A DNA stretch of 64,000 bases from Polyangiaceae bacterium (GTDB lineage Bacteria; Myxococcota_A; Polyangia; Polyangiales; Polyangiaceae). Below are positions 18,758-29,441 of this stretch, one piece after another (position 1 is the first letter of the stretch; every line of letters starts with the position of its first letter). The stretch covers positions 203,588 to 267,587 of the forward strand of contig JADJXL010000022.1 in the NCBI GenBank assembly GCA_016715885.1, written 5' to 3'. The notes under the pieces are model-generated. The model searched no databases and was not told the origin of the DNA. It was given only the letters and a program-made list of their open reading frames with translations. Both the position numbers and the translations under genes were made by a program.

Positions 18758-19942
18758 CTAAAGTCTATCAGAAGCCTCGATCAAATCTCCCTCGACAAAC
18801 CTGCTCGGACGAAGCGCAGACGTGTCGAGCGTCGATGTTTTCCCGTCCACGATCATTTCTGCAAGCAACTTTCCGAGCGCTGGGGCATGCATGACACCGT
18901 GCCCGGACGAACCATTGACCAAGTACAAGTTCTGACACCCAGGCGCCGGCCCTAAAATGGCATGTTTGTCGGGGCTCATTTCGTAAAGACCCGCCCATGA
19001 ACGCGCGGAATCGATACGGACGCCGGCCAGGCAAGGAATTCGCTCCGGTGCGATTTCTGCAATTCGTTCGAGCCAGTCCGGATCGACGTCCGTGCAAAAT
19101 GGATCGCCTGTTCGTCCTGGCGTGGGCCACAGCAACATCACACGCCCGTCGCGCACTCGCAGGTGAAACCCGTCGTTCATGAATATCGTGAGCGGCATGT
19201 CGTCCGGCAATCGATTGCATGGTTCCGTGAGCGCCACTTGCCTGCGGAGCGGCACCACGGGAAGGTCGACGTCCGCGAATTTTGCAATGCTCTGCGCCCA
19301 CGCTCCGCCCGCATCGACCACGGCATTGGCTTGGATGACGCGACCGTCATGTGCGAGAAGGGTGTGAATTTTACCGTCCACAGATCGATCGAATCCCGCA
19401 ATGGTCACATCGGGTAAAAATTTCACGCCGAGCCGTTTGGCTGCTTCGACATATCCGCGCAAAATGTCGAGCGGCCTGATGAATCCATCCGTTTGGCAAA
19501 ACGCACCTCCAACGATAGTACGCCGGTGAACGAACGGGTTTTTCTCATGTACTTCTTTTGAATTCAGCAGGATCGCTTCGTCGAGGCCGCACGTTTTTTG
19601 CAGAGCGTTTGCACGAGCCAAGTCGTCGAATTCCTCCGAAGTCGTAGCAATCCACAAATATCCCACGGGTCGATAGCCGGGATCGACACCGGTTTCATCG
19701 GAAAAACGGCGCAAAGCTTCACGAGCGACGAGCGATAGCCGAATATTGATTTCGGTGCTGTATTGTGCGCGATATCCACCCGTGGCGCGGCCCGTACTTC
19801 CGAGGCCCGGGGATGCTTCGCGGTCGACGACCAAAATCGATCCAGCTCGTCGTCGAGCGAGGTGGTATGCGACGCTTGCACCGATGACTCCCGCGCCGAT
19901 GACGACGACATCGGCACGTTCTACGAAAGGCGGCTCGATCAC
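18758..19942 (-). CDS. FAD-dependent oxidoreductase (DAO family; glycine / D-amino-acid / sarcosine oxidase-like)
   Basis: The N-terminus has DVVVIGAGVIGASVAYHLARR and the C-terminus has GHGVMHAPALGKLLAEMIV. The start was set at GTG 19942 (VIEPPFVERAD…) because upstream in-frame sequence is Arg-rich junk. Confidence 0.8.
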   Translation of the reverse strand: MIEPPFVERADVVVIGAGVIGASVAYHLARRRAGSILVVDREASPGLGSTGRATGGYRAQYSTEINIRLSLVAREALRRFSDETGVDPGYRPVGYLWIATTSEEFDDLARANALQKTCGLDEAILLNSKEVHEKNPFVHRRTIVGGAFCQTDGFIRPLDILRGYVEAAKRLGVKFLPDVTIAGFDRSVDGKIHTLLAHDGRVIQANAVVDAGGAWAQSIAKFADVDLPVVPLRRQVALTEPCNRLPDDMPLTIFMNDGFHLRVRDGRVMLLWPTPGRTGDPFCTDVDPDWLERIAEIAPERIPCLAGVRIDSARSWAGLYEMSPDKHAILGPAPGCQNLYLVNGSSGHGVMHAPALGKLLAEMIVDGKTSTLDTSALRPSRFVEGDLIEASDRL

Positions 19943-20029
19943 GGCGGCACCGTAGCGAACCACGCCGTTTCGTGCAAGTCGACCCGAGCATGATTCCGAG
20001 CTTGAAAAACGCTGGCGACTTCTGCGAAC

Positions 20030-21565
20030 ATGGAGAGCATGTTCGACGCGCAGCGGATCTTGGGAGCTTTGGTTTCGGACGGTCTTGGCGGAGGAGGCGT
20101 TCGCCATTCGCGAGGTCGTCGTGATCGTGACGAAGGATTTTTCAATCGCGATCGTAATGACTATCGTCGTAATGACGACGGCATCTTGGATGGCGTTGGG
20201 GTTGGTACGGCCGTTGCCGGGGCGGCGGGGCTTGCCGCTGCCGGCGGTCTTGCGTACATGGCCTATAAGCACTTTTCGCAACCATCGGCGCCAGCCGTGC
20301 CTGGAGCGCCTGGGGCGCCCGGAATGCCTGGAGCGCCAGCGCAACCGGGATTTTTCAATCAGCTCTTGGGGAGTTCGTCGGGGCCGATTCCTCCTGGGGG
20401 CGCGCCCGCAATGGGCGCAGGACCGGGATATCCGGGTGCCGCCATGCCAGGAGCGCCGCCTGCCGGCGGTGTGTCCAATTATGGCGTTCCGACGTGGCAT
20501 AACGATCCGTCGACGTGGGGTTCGAGTGCTCCGGCACCGCAGCAGCAATGGGGAGGCGCGCCAAACCCGTCACCACAACAATGGGGCGCCGCGCCAACGG
20601 CTGCACCGCCGCAAGCAGCGCCACCGCAGCAGCAATGGGGAGGCCCCGCGACGCCGCCGCCAACGCAATGGGGCGCCGCGCCAACGGCTGCCCCGCCGCA
20701 AGCAGCGCCACCGCAACAGCAATGGGGAGGCCCCGCGACGCCGCCGCCAACGCAATGGGGCGGCGCGCCGACGGCTGCACCGCCGCACGCTGCGCCAGCG
20801 CAACAGCAATGGGGCGGCCCCGCAACGCCGCCGCCAACGCAATGGGGCGCCGCGCCGACGGCTGCACCGCCGCAAGCTGCGCCACCGCAGCAGCAATGGG
20901 GAGGCCCCGCGACGCCGCCGCCAACGCAATGGGGTGCTCCGACAAACTCGGCTCCCGCCGGTCCTATGCCGCCTTCTGCGCAGCCGGCGGCGCCGCAATA
21001 CCTTCCGCAACAATCTCCGGCGGCGCCTCCTCCGCAATGGAACGCCGCGCCAAACCCTCCAGCGCCCGCGCCCATGGTCGCTGCGCCCGCACCTCTTGCC
21101 GCGCCAAACCCACCCGCGCCTATCGCCGCCGAGCCGCCGGTCGCACCAGCAACTCCGCCACCGCAGCCGCCGCAACCTCCCGCAACGGCCGCGCCGTCAC
21201 CGGAAGCGCAAGCCGATGCGCTCTTGCTCATCCGTGCGATGATTACCGCCGCATTCATCGATGGCCAAATCGACCCCGAGGAACGCGCGCGCATCATGAG
21301 TCGCCTTGCCGCCGCAGGCCTTGGTCCGGAAGATCAAGCCGCACTCGCCCGCGAATTCGATGCGCCACAGCCGCCGTTTGCCCTCGTCGGGCAAATTCGT
21401 TCAACCCAAATCGCCGAACAGTTTTACCTCGTGTCGATTCTCGGTGCAGGCACGGAAACCGAAGCCGAGCGCGCATATCTCAAAGGGCTCCCTCCCATGC
21501 TCGGATTGAAGCCGGATGATGTCGCGCGTTTGCACCAGAGCCTTGGGATTCCCCCAATTCCATAA
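20030..21565 (+). CDS. DUF533 / TerB-like (YebE-like) protein with internal W/P/Q-rich tandem repeats
   Basis: The C-terminal TerB-like region reads EAQADALLLIRAMITAAFIDGQIDPEERARIMSRLA…. The central part has about 4.3 copies of a 29-aa unit APPQAAPPQQQWGGPATPPPTQWGAAPTA. Confidence 0.65.
   Translation: MESMFDAQRILGALVSDGLGGGGVRHSRGRRDRDEGFFNRDRNDYRRNDDGILDGVGVGTAVAGAAGLAAAGGLAYMAYKHFSQPSAPAVPGAPGAPGMPGAPAQPGFFNQLLGSSSGPIPPGGAPAMGAGPGYPGAAMPGAPPAGGVSNYGVPTWHNDPSTWGSSAPAPQQQWGGAPNPSPQQWGAAPTAAPPQAAPPQQQWGGPATPPPTQWGAAPTAAPPQAAPPQQQWGGPATPPPTQWGGAPTAAPPHAAPAQQQWGGPATPPPTQWGAAPTAAPPQAAPPQQQWGGPATPPPTQWGAPTNSAPAGPMPPSAQPAAPQYLPQQSPAAPPPQWNAAPNPPAPAPMVAAPAPLAAPNPPAPIAAEPPVAPATPPPQPPQPPATAAPSPEAQADALLLIRAMITAAFIDGQIDPEERARIMSRLAAAGLGPEDQAALAREFDAPQPPFALVGQIRSTQIAEQFYLVSILGAGTETEAERAYLKGLPPMLGLKPDDVARLHQSLGIPPIP
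20560..20935 (+). repeat. about 87-bp tandem repeat (4.3 copies) inside CDS 20030–21565
   Basis: Nucleotide units are near-identical and encode the QQQWGGPATPPPTQWG motif. Confidence 0.7.
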
Positions 21566-21577
21566 CAAACCTGACTC

Positions 21578-21690
21578 GACCTCGGGGACGTTTGATTTCT
21601 CGGCGCTCGTGGGGGGCCCCGCTGTTTGAGCGCGCGCAGCGCGCGAGCTCGGGGGGCACCGCGAGTGCCGAGAAATCAAATGTCTCCGAG
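21578..21690. repeat. 113-bp imperfect inverted repeat (arms about 40 bp) between convergent genes; likely bidirectional terminator or MITE-like element
   Basis: The left arm is CCTCGGGGACGTTTGATTTCTCGGCGCTCGTGGGGGGCC. The right arm is GGGGGGCACCGCGAGTGCCGAGAAATCAAATGTCTCCGAGG. The centre is GC-palindromic (GAGCGCGCGCAGCGCGCGAGC). Confidence 0.5.
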
Positions 21691-21742
21691 GTGGCCAACA
21701 AATAACGCAGAGAGGGACACCCCGTCCGCTCACCCCCTCCGC

Positions 21743-22372
21743 TTACCGCACCTGCAAACGAGCCCGCACGATCATGCTCTTCCACAAATAGGGAAGGCGC
21801 CCCGCCCCGCGAAAATCGGTCACTTTGAAGTCGAATTCTTCGAGCAACGTCGTCAGCGTCTGGCGCGACCAAAACTTGATGTGCCCGCCATCCCAAAGCG
21901 CCGTGTAATGGTGATCCATCTTGTTCGCCAGTGCCATCGCTACATTCTTCAAATACCCGTGATATGGCGTCGACAGAATCACGTCGCCCCGTTTCGCCTC
22001 CAAGGTTTTTTGCACCAAACGCATGTAAGCCCGTGGCGCATAAAGATGCTCGATGACCTCCGTCGATACGACGATATCAAAAGGTTTGTCCCCGAGCTCG
22101 GCAGGCAATTTGTCTTGGGATACGTCGTGCACGAAGAATCTGCCCGGGTTTTTTCGATTTGCGATTTCGACGCCCGTATGCGACGCATCCACCCCCATCA
22201 CGTCGAATCCATCGGCAATCAAAAGATTCGCTATTTCCCCATTGCCGCAACCCATGTCCAAAATTCGTTTGCTCTTGTCGTACCGCAACATGTGGCGCAG
22301 CACCGGATAGATGTATCCCGTCGATTGCACGGACCTGTCGTTCCACCCGTAATCCTGATATCCGCCGCTCAT
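21743..22372 (-). CDS. class I SAM-dependent methyltransferase
   Basis: Motif I is ILDMGCGNGEIANLL. The ATG at 22372 was confirmed. The stop overlaps the upstream gene start by 4 bp (ATGA). Confidence 0.8.
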   Translation of the reverse strand: MSGGYQDYGWNDRSVQSTGYIYPVLRHMLRYDKSKRILDMGCGNGEIANLLIADGFDVMGVDASHTGVEIANRKNPGRFFVHDVSQDKLPAELGDKPFDIVVSTEVIEHLYAPRAYMRLVQKTLEAKRGDVILSTPYHGYLKNVAMALANKMDHHYTALWDGGHIKFWSRQTLTTLLEEFDFKVTDFRGAGRLPYLWKSMIVRARLQVR

Positions 22373-23967
22373 GAGCTCGTTTCCTTTCCCGCTATTCGAC
22401 GGAAGGGAAGTCGGTGCCGAATTTTGTCGAGCATCCGCAAACATAACGCCCGCTCTTCAGGCAAAAGCGAAATCCACAAAAGGGGTAGGGCCATCACCAA
22501 AAATACGACGGGCGTCACGAGCGCTCGCGCCGCACCCGCAGGCAATACCACATACGCGCCTGCACTCATGAGCGCCGGGGCCACGAGGCCCAGCCCGATC
22601 GCCAAAAACACTTCGCGGACAAACCCCAGCGGTTTGTCACCGAGCGCAATGCATGCCGCTCGAGGAATCGCCCACACTGCAATCACACAATCCGCCACGA
22701 GCATCGAAACCGCGGCTCCTCGAATTCCCATCGACGGCACGAGAAGCACACATAAACTCATGGAAATAAACGCATTTATCGCAAGCAGCCACACGAGGCG
22801 CCCTTGGCGATTGGTCGCCATCAGCACCGTCCAGCCCGCATACCAAACGCCCCACAAGATCGTTTGCAGAATGAAGATGCCTAGAATGACCGCATCGAGC
22901 GACAATTCGCGCATCGTCCACGCCTGGTACACCCAAGCGCTCATCGGGAAAAACGCCAAAAGCGGAATGCCCGCCATGAATGCCACGAGTTTCGCTGCGG
23001 TCCGATGCAATCGAATGATGCGCTCTTTGTCCCCAAGCGCCTCCAGCGACGTGAGCTCGGGCCAAATCGCCGATGCAAGCTGCGTCGCCACGATCTTCCC
23101 CATGCTCGCAATCGTCCGATGCGTGGCGAGTTGCGCTACGGCAATGCCACCAAGCGCTCCTTGAATGATCATCAGATTCCCTTGGTTTGCCAAGTAATCC
23201 GCGAGAGCCGCCAGCAAAAAGAGCGCGCCCGACGGAAGCATCGCCAGGCCGTCTCGAGCATTGCCCCCGAGCGGGCGCAGGGAAAACCACGAAAAACGCC
23301 GGTGAAGATCGCGAATCACCAGACTGTAGAGCACCAGCACCATAAGCACGCGGCCCACGGCCACGGCCCAAAATGGCGCTCGGCAAAGCATCAATACCGA
23401 AAGCAAAACCACTTCGATGACGCGTTTAATCGTAAAAATCACGGCCGCTCGAGGGAGCTGCTGCGCCGCACGATACGTGCTGCTCACCACGCCGAATGGC
23501 ACGTTCAAAAGCAGCTCGGCACCAAAAATGATGACCGTGAGATACGTTTCGAGCGTCGTGGCCGTGCGAATTCCAAGCCACGATTGCAGGGGCAAAAAGT
23601 AAAATGCCACTGCACCGATGGTCCACACCACGATCGCCAAAGGACCTTGGATGCGCAGCGCGCTGTGCAGCTCGTGCAGCATCTCGTCCGTCTTGCCACG
23701 CGCATAATGCGCGTTCATTTTGTTGACGACGTGCGTTTGAACGCCCAAATCCGTCAAATTCAAAAACATCACGAGCGCTGATATCGACAGCCATTCCCCC
23801 CAGCGCTCTTTTTGCCACGTCGCCATGCCAATGGGCACGACGATGATTTGTCCCAGAATGTGAATGACCGCGCCGAGCGACAAGGCAATCGTGCTCGCCA
23901 ATACGCGATCGGCAAGGCCGCTTGTTTTTGCGCGAGATTCGTTCGGGGTGACTGCAGCTTCCGACAT
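22369..23967 (-). CDS. polysaccharide biosynthesis flippase (Wzx / MOP superfamily-like)
   Basis: The 532-aa protein has at least 12 TM helices. The ATG at 23967 was confirmed (MSEAAVTPNE…). Confidence 0.8.
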   Translation of the reverse strand: MSEAAVTPNESRAKTSGLADRVLASTIALSLGAVIHILGQIIVVPIGMATWQKERWGEWLSISALVMFLNLTDLGVQTHVVNKMNAHYARGKTDEMLHELHSALRIQGPLAIVVWTIGAVAFYFLPLQSWLGIRTATTLETYLTVIIFGAELLLNVPFGVVSSTYRAAQQLPRAAVIFTIKRVIEVVLLSVLMLCRAPFWAVAVGRVLMVLVLYSLVIRDLHRRFSWFSLRPLGGNARDGLAMLPSGALFLLAALADYLANQGNLMIIQGALGGIAVAQLATHRTIASMGKIVATQLASAIWPELTSLEALGDKERIIRLHRTAAKLVAFMAGIPLLAFFPMSAWVYQAWTMRELSLDAVILGIFILQTILWGVWYAGWTVLMATNRQGRLVWLLAINAFISMSLCVLLVPSMGIRGAAVSMLVADCVIAVWAIPRAACIALGDKPLGFVREVFLAIGLGLVAPALMSAGAYVVLPAGAARALVTPVVFLVMALPLLWISLLPEERALCLRMLDKIRHRLPFRRIAGKETSS

Positions 23968-23972
23968 GACGC

Positions 23973-25148
23973 TCACGAAGCTTTGGAAACCGCCTTCGCG
24001 GCCCGGACGAACCCTTCGGCGGTGTGCGGAATGTCCCACGCTCCGATGTGTTTACGCGATGCGGCTGCTTTGCGGGACAAAAGGTCTTTGTCGTCGAGCG
24101 CCGCGTCGAGGACCCCCGCGAGCGCTTGCACGTTTCCCGCGGGGAAAACCCACCCATTGTCGGGTAAAACCAAATCCGGTACGGCCCCGACTTGATCGGA
24201 TGCAACGATGGGCAGCCCGAGACACATCGCTTCGTTGATGGCCAAACCCCACGGCTCGTAATGCGACGGCAGCACGAAGAGATCCCCCACGGCATATGCT
24301 GCCGGCATACGCTGTTGATTGACGAACCCCAAAAAATGCACCCGCGAAGGCGCAAGGCGCTCGGCGAGCTCCTTGTATCGATCGCGCTCGGGCCCATCAC
24401 CCACGATGACGAGATGCGCGTTTTTCCGCGGACGCGCACCGAAAGCTCGGATCAAGTCCGCACAACCTTTGTGCGGCAAGAGTTTGGCAGCAAAAACCAC
24501 GGCCACATCCGTTTCGGCAATGCCGAGCTGCGATCGGATGGCTCGAGCCTCCTGCCGCGCGTCCGCTTCGCGACCGTGGAAAAACGCATTGTCTACGGTA
24601 AATGGTGCGTGAAAAATGCGATCCTCGGGAACTCCGTAATGCGCATAATACCGAGCATTCAGCGCTCCAGAGGCGAGGGCTCCGGCAACGCTGGCAAACA
24701 AGGGCGTCAGCAAAAGTCGCTTCGCCGCGAGAACGTGTGCCGGTCGCGGATGAAGCAGCGACGAGTCGCCTCGCAAAAGCACGGGAATGCCCCAGAGCCG
24801 TGACGCAGCCAAAACTTCGATTTCCGTGAAATGACCGTAGCCGTGCACGACGAGCGCATCGGGCTGGAAGTTGCGAATTTCGAGCGGCGCCTTCGGATTG
24901 AGCAAACCCATGAAATGGTTTGTCCCTGGATGACGCGAAAGGTTCGGGACGAGCTCGTAGTCGTACCCATCGAGCAGCGGGATATCCCAAGCGAACGAGC
25001 GGCCGAATCCCGGATCGACGGTTTCCTTGATGCCGAAATCCCAGCAGAAAAACACCTTGAGCGTGACGTCGTTTCGTGCGGCGAGGGCCCGAAAAAGTGG
25101 CGCTTGGTACTGTATCGGATGGCTTGCAAGAATGGCCAATCGAAGCAT
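23973..25148 (-). CDS. family 4 glycosyltransferase (GT4)
   Basis: It carries the EPWGLAINEAMCLGLPIVASD motif. The ATG at 25148 begins MLRLAILASHPIQY. Confidence 0.85.
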   Translation of the reverse strand: MLRLAILASHPIQYQAPLFRALAARNDVTLKVFFCWDFGIKETVDPGFGRSFAWDIPLLDGYDYELVPNLSRHPGTNHFMGLLNPKAPLEIRNFQPDALVVHGYGHFTEIEVLAASRLWGIPVLLRGDSSLLHPRPAHVLAAKRLLLTPLFASVAGALASGALNARYYAHYGVPEDRIFHAPFTVDNAFFHGREADARQEARAIRSQLGIAETDVAVVFAAKLLPHKGCADLIRAFGARPRKNAHLVIVGDGPERDRYKELAERLAPSRVHFLGFVNQQRMPAAYAVGDLFVLPSHYEPWGLAINEAMCLGLPIVASDQVGAVPDLVLPDNGWVFPAGNVQALAGVLDAALDDKDLLSRKAAASRKHIGAWDIPHTAEGFVRAAKAVSKAS

Positions 25149-25313
25149 GTTGTGTGTTACCCTACTCCGCGACGCGTGCTGCAAGCTCCTTTTCGCACGT
25201 ACGGAGAGCGAACGCAACTGCCGTGTGCGATCTGTAAAGTCTTTGACAACGCGTCGCTCACGCGCGACAACTCGACCGCACGACGCGCTTGCCAAATCAT
25301 CGCGAGATCACTC

Positions 25314-26130
25314 ATGAGCCTACTCGACACCATTCGTTTCGTACTTCGGCATCCGCTTGGGCAGGAGCATCCGGCGCTGGCGCTTGCGCGTTTTGCGCGT
25401 TGGCAGCTTGCGAGCCGAGTGGGTTTTGGTCCGAGTGTCGTGCCGTACGTGGAAGACGCGCACCTCATCGTTTCGCGCGGAATGACGGGCGCGACGGGCA
25501 ATGTTTACGTGGGCTTGCACGAATACGACGACATGGCTTTCGTGTTGCATTTGCTTCGGCCGGATGATTTGTTCGTCGACATTGGCGCCAACATCGGCAC
25601 GTATACGATTTTAGCCGCAAAGGTGGTCGGAGCACAGTGCATTTCGATCGAACCATTGCCGTCGACATTTGCTCACCTCGAAAACAATATACATTACAAT
25701 CGCATCGGGAATCTCGTAGAAGTGAAAAATGTGGGTTTGGCGGCAGAGCGCGGCAATTTGCGTTTTTCTGCGAACCTCGATACGATGAACCACGTCGTCG
25801 ATGAAACCTATGCGGGGCCGCAGGTGCGCGTGGATGTTTTGCCGCTCGACGAATTGCTCGACGGGCGTGTGCCTTTTGCGATGAAAATCGACGTCGAAGG
25901 TTTCGAGAGGCAAGTTCTCGCGGGCGCATCGCGAACGCTCTCCGCGCCGGGCTTGCAGGCGATCGTCATCGAAGTGAACGATCATCAGGAACGTTATGGC
26001 ATTTCGGAAAAAACCGCGCTCGATGTGCTCCGCGATGCCGGGTTTGGCTCGTACAGGTACGATGTGCGCGAAAGGCGAATCATCGCGGATGACAAGTGTT
26101 CGCCGTACGGCAATTATGTGTTCGTGCGCA
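25314..26130 (+). CDS. FkbM-family methyltransferase; 3' end runs into the GC-only block and the true stop cannot be determined
   Basis: The ATG at 25314 begins MSLLDTIRFVL, and the motif FVDIGANIGTYTILAA is present. The ORF then continues as Gly/Pro-only translation of homopolymers. Confidence 0.65.
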
Positions 26131-27180
<1,050 letters not shown>

Positions 27181-29226
27181 CTGTGCCAGATGCACTTCTG
27201 CGAGGATGCGCGCCCCAAACCGCCTCCATAGTGGCATCTTCTTCGATGCGTCCGCCGGCAAATACCCCACGATCGCGTTTTGCTCCCCGGGCAGCCAAAT
27301 CAAGCACCGCACGAACATCCCGCCGAATACCTCGCGCTTCTGGTAATGCCTTCCGAGCAAAAGCGCCCTCTGCATGTGCGAATCGATGTAGTTCGGCGGT
27401 AACCCCGTCTTTTCCTGGACAAACGCCTCTCGAATGCGCGCCGTCAATTCGTCGCTCACCCCCGGCGCCGCGGACAAACCCGGCGTCGTCACGAAGTCCT
27501 TGGCAACTGCAACCGCTGCTCGAAGTTGCTCATCGGTCTGCGTGATGACCGGCACCGCCGTCGACATCGCCGCCTTCAGCGCCTCGAATTCGTCAAATGG
27601 CAATTCCAATTCACCCGCCAAAAGCACCGTGGGCGGGACGAACATACCGTTTTGCTCGTATGCAGCAGCGAACGCTTCGTCGAGGCCTTTCGCATCCATG
27701 CGAGGCGCTTTCGCGAATGCTTCGTGACAATGGCTCACGCTCGTCATGGCGTCGGCGTCGTGCCACACGAGATGTAACGATTCACGTGCGTTTTCCACGT
27801 GTTCGTGCCCGGCAGAACCATTCGTACCGCGCGACGCACCATTCGGTGCTCCTCTCGCCCAGACGCTTTGCGCCGTATCCGATCCCGGCGCCATCGATAC
27901 CGGTGGCGGCGGTGGCGCGTATGTCGGTGGAGGCATCGGTGACGCTTGTGGTGTCTTGATTTCCTGCATCGTCGGTGCGCTCGCCGGGCTCTGCGTCGGC
28001 AATGTCACTTGACCCATCGCGATTGGCGCAGGAGGTAGCCCCGACAAACCACCTGGCCCGAATGGCAATGCACCATCGTCGCATTTACGAAGAGCCGGCG
28101 GCGCGCAATCGACACTGCTTGCTCCGACAAACGGAATCGCCGGCCCCTTCGCTTTCGCCCCAAAGGGCGCAATCATCGTCATCGCCGCAAACTCTTCTTC
28201 GTCCACCATTCCTGGTGGAATCGTCAGCACGAGGTCATCGTCGAGCACATCGGCATCGGGTTCGTCCAGCGATACCGAAATGCGCCCCGCTTCGGTCGCG
28301 TGACGGAGGCCAATGCTACCTCGCCAAACCACACAGCAAATGCCTCGATCCGAATCGATCCACAAGGTATCCGCCACGAGCATCACGTCTTCCCGCTCGC
28401 CCGACGCCCGAAACGCGACCGCTCGCGGACAAATTCCCGGCAATCGAGTGACGAGCTGTGCATGCACCGGATGCAAGTGTTCCAGGAGAAGCTGTTCGTC
28501 GGGACGAATGCTCGGCAATTGCTGATCAAGCGGAGCTGCCTGAAAGTAGGCGAAATCGAGCCCCTCGGGGAGCGGCCGTTCTTCCCATCCTGGCTGCGAA
28601 ATGTGCCCGGACAAACGATCGAGGCCTTCGGTTCGTCCAGGCCATGTCGGCGCGATGGGACCATAACCAATGGGCGCAAATGTATCCGATCGTTTGACGA
28701 CGTATGTTTTGGGTGGCTGCAAGTTCGGCACGGACACGAGGCCAAATGCATCAGGTGCTGCATCGAAGCTCATGCCCACGGGGTTTGGCGTGTCCGCACC
28801 TCCCGCCGCGCGCGTCCAATCCAGCGCCATTTTTGAAAAACGCGGCCCTTCGAGCATCCGCTGTTCGGGCAACCGAAATCCTCGATCACACCACACTTCG
28901 ATCGACTTTGAAAAAACGCCGACACCGAGCTTCGTCACGAGCGAGCGCACCGTCTGTTTGGCCGGTGCATACGCATGCCCCACGAGCATCACATCGGCCC
29001 GCGGCTTGTACGGCACTTTATCGCTCGGAGCCACCAGCACAGCATGCACGTCGCGTTTGACGAACTGATCCTGATCGCAGATCGCCTCTTGTTCCGGCGC
29101 GAGCTTGCATTCGCCAGGTTCGAGCATGAACGTCGCTTTGACGACCACCGTTTGCGCGTACGTCCCCGCGGCCGATTGCCAGACAAACCCCGTGACTCGC
29201 ATTGGGCACGACGACACGATTTCCAT
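27181..29226 (-). CDS. DUF2169-like domain protein; C-terminus lost in the GC-only block
   Basis: The N-terminal region (MRVTGFVWQSAAGTYAQTVVVKATF…DVMLVGHAYAP) resembles DUF2169. Candidate ATG starts are at 29202, 29226 and 29253. Going 3', the sequence degenerates into poly-Pro encoded by poly-G. Confidence 0.5.
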
Positions 29227-29441
29227 GACTCGCGACGCTACATGAGCACGCATGCCCGGGGCAAACCTTTTGTTTGTCGCGGTATCGATCGCCAGCACGC
29301 ACCGCCAAACGGCCGACGTGGACCATGGCTCCGCCCGCTCGCGACCACTTTTCCCGAATGAAACGTGAATTACGGTGCGACTGGAACGAAAATGGAAAAA
29401 TTCGTCCAGCGTGCACGTCTCGAACGTGCTACGTCTCGCCG

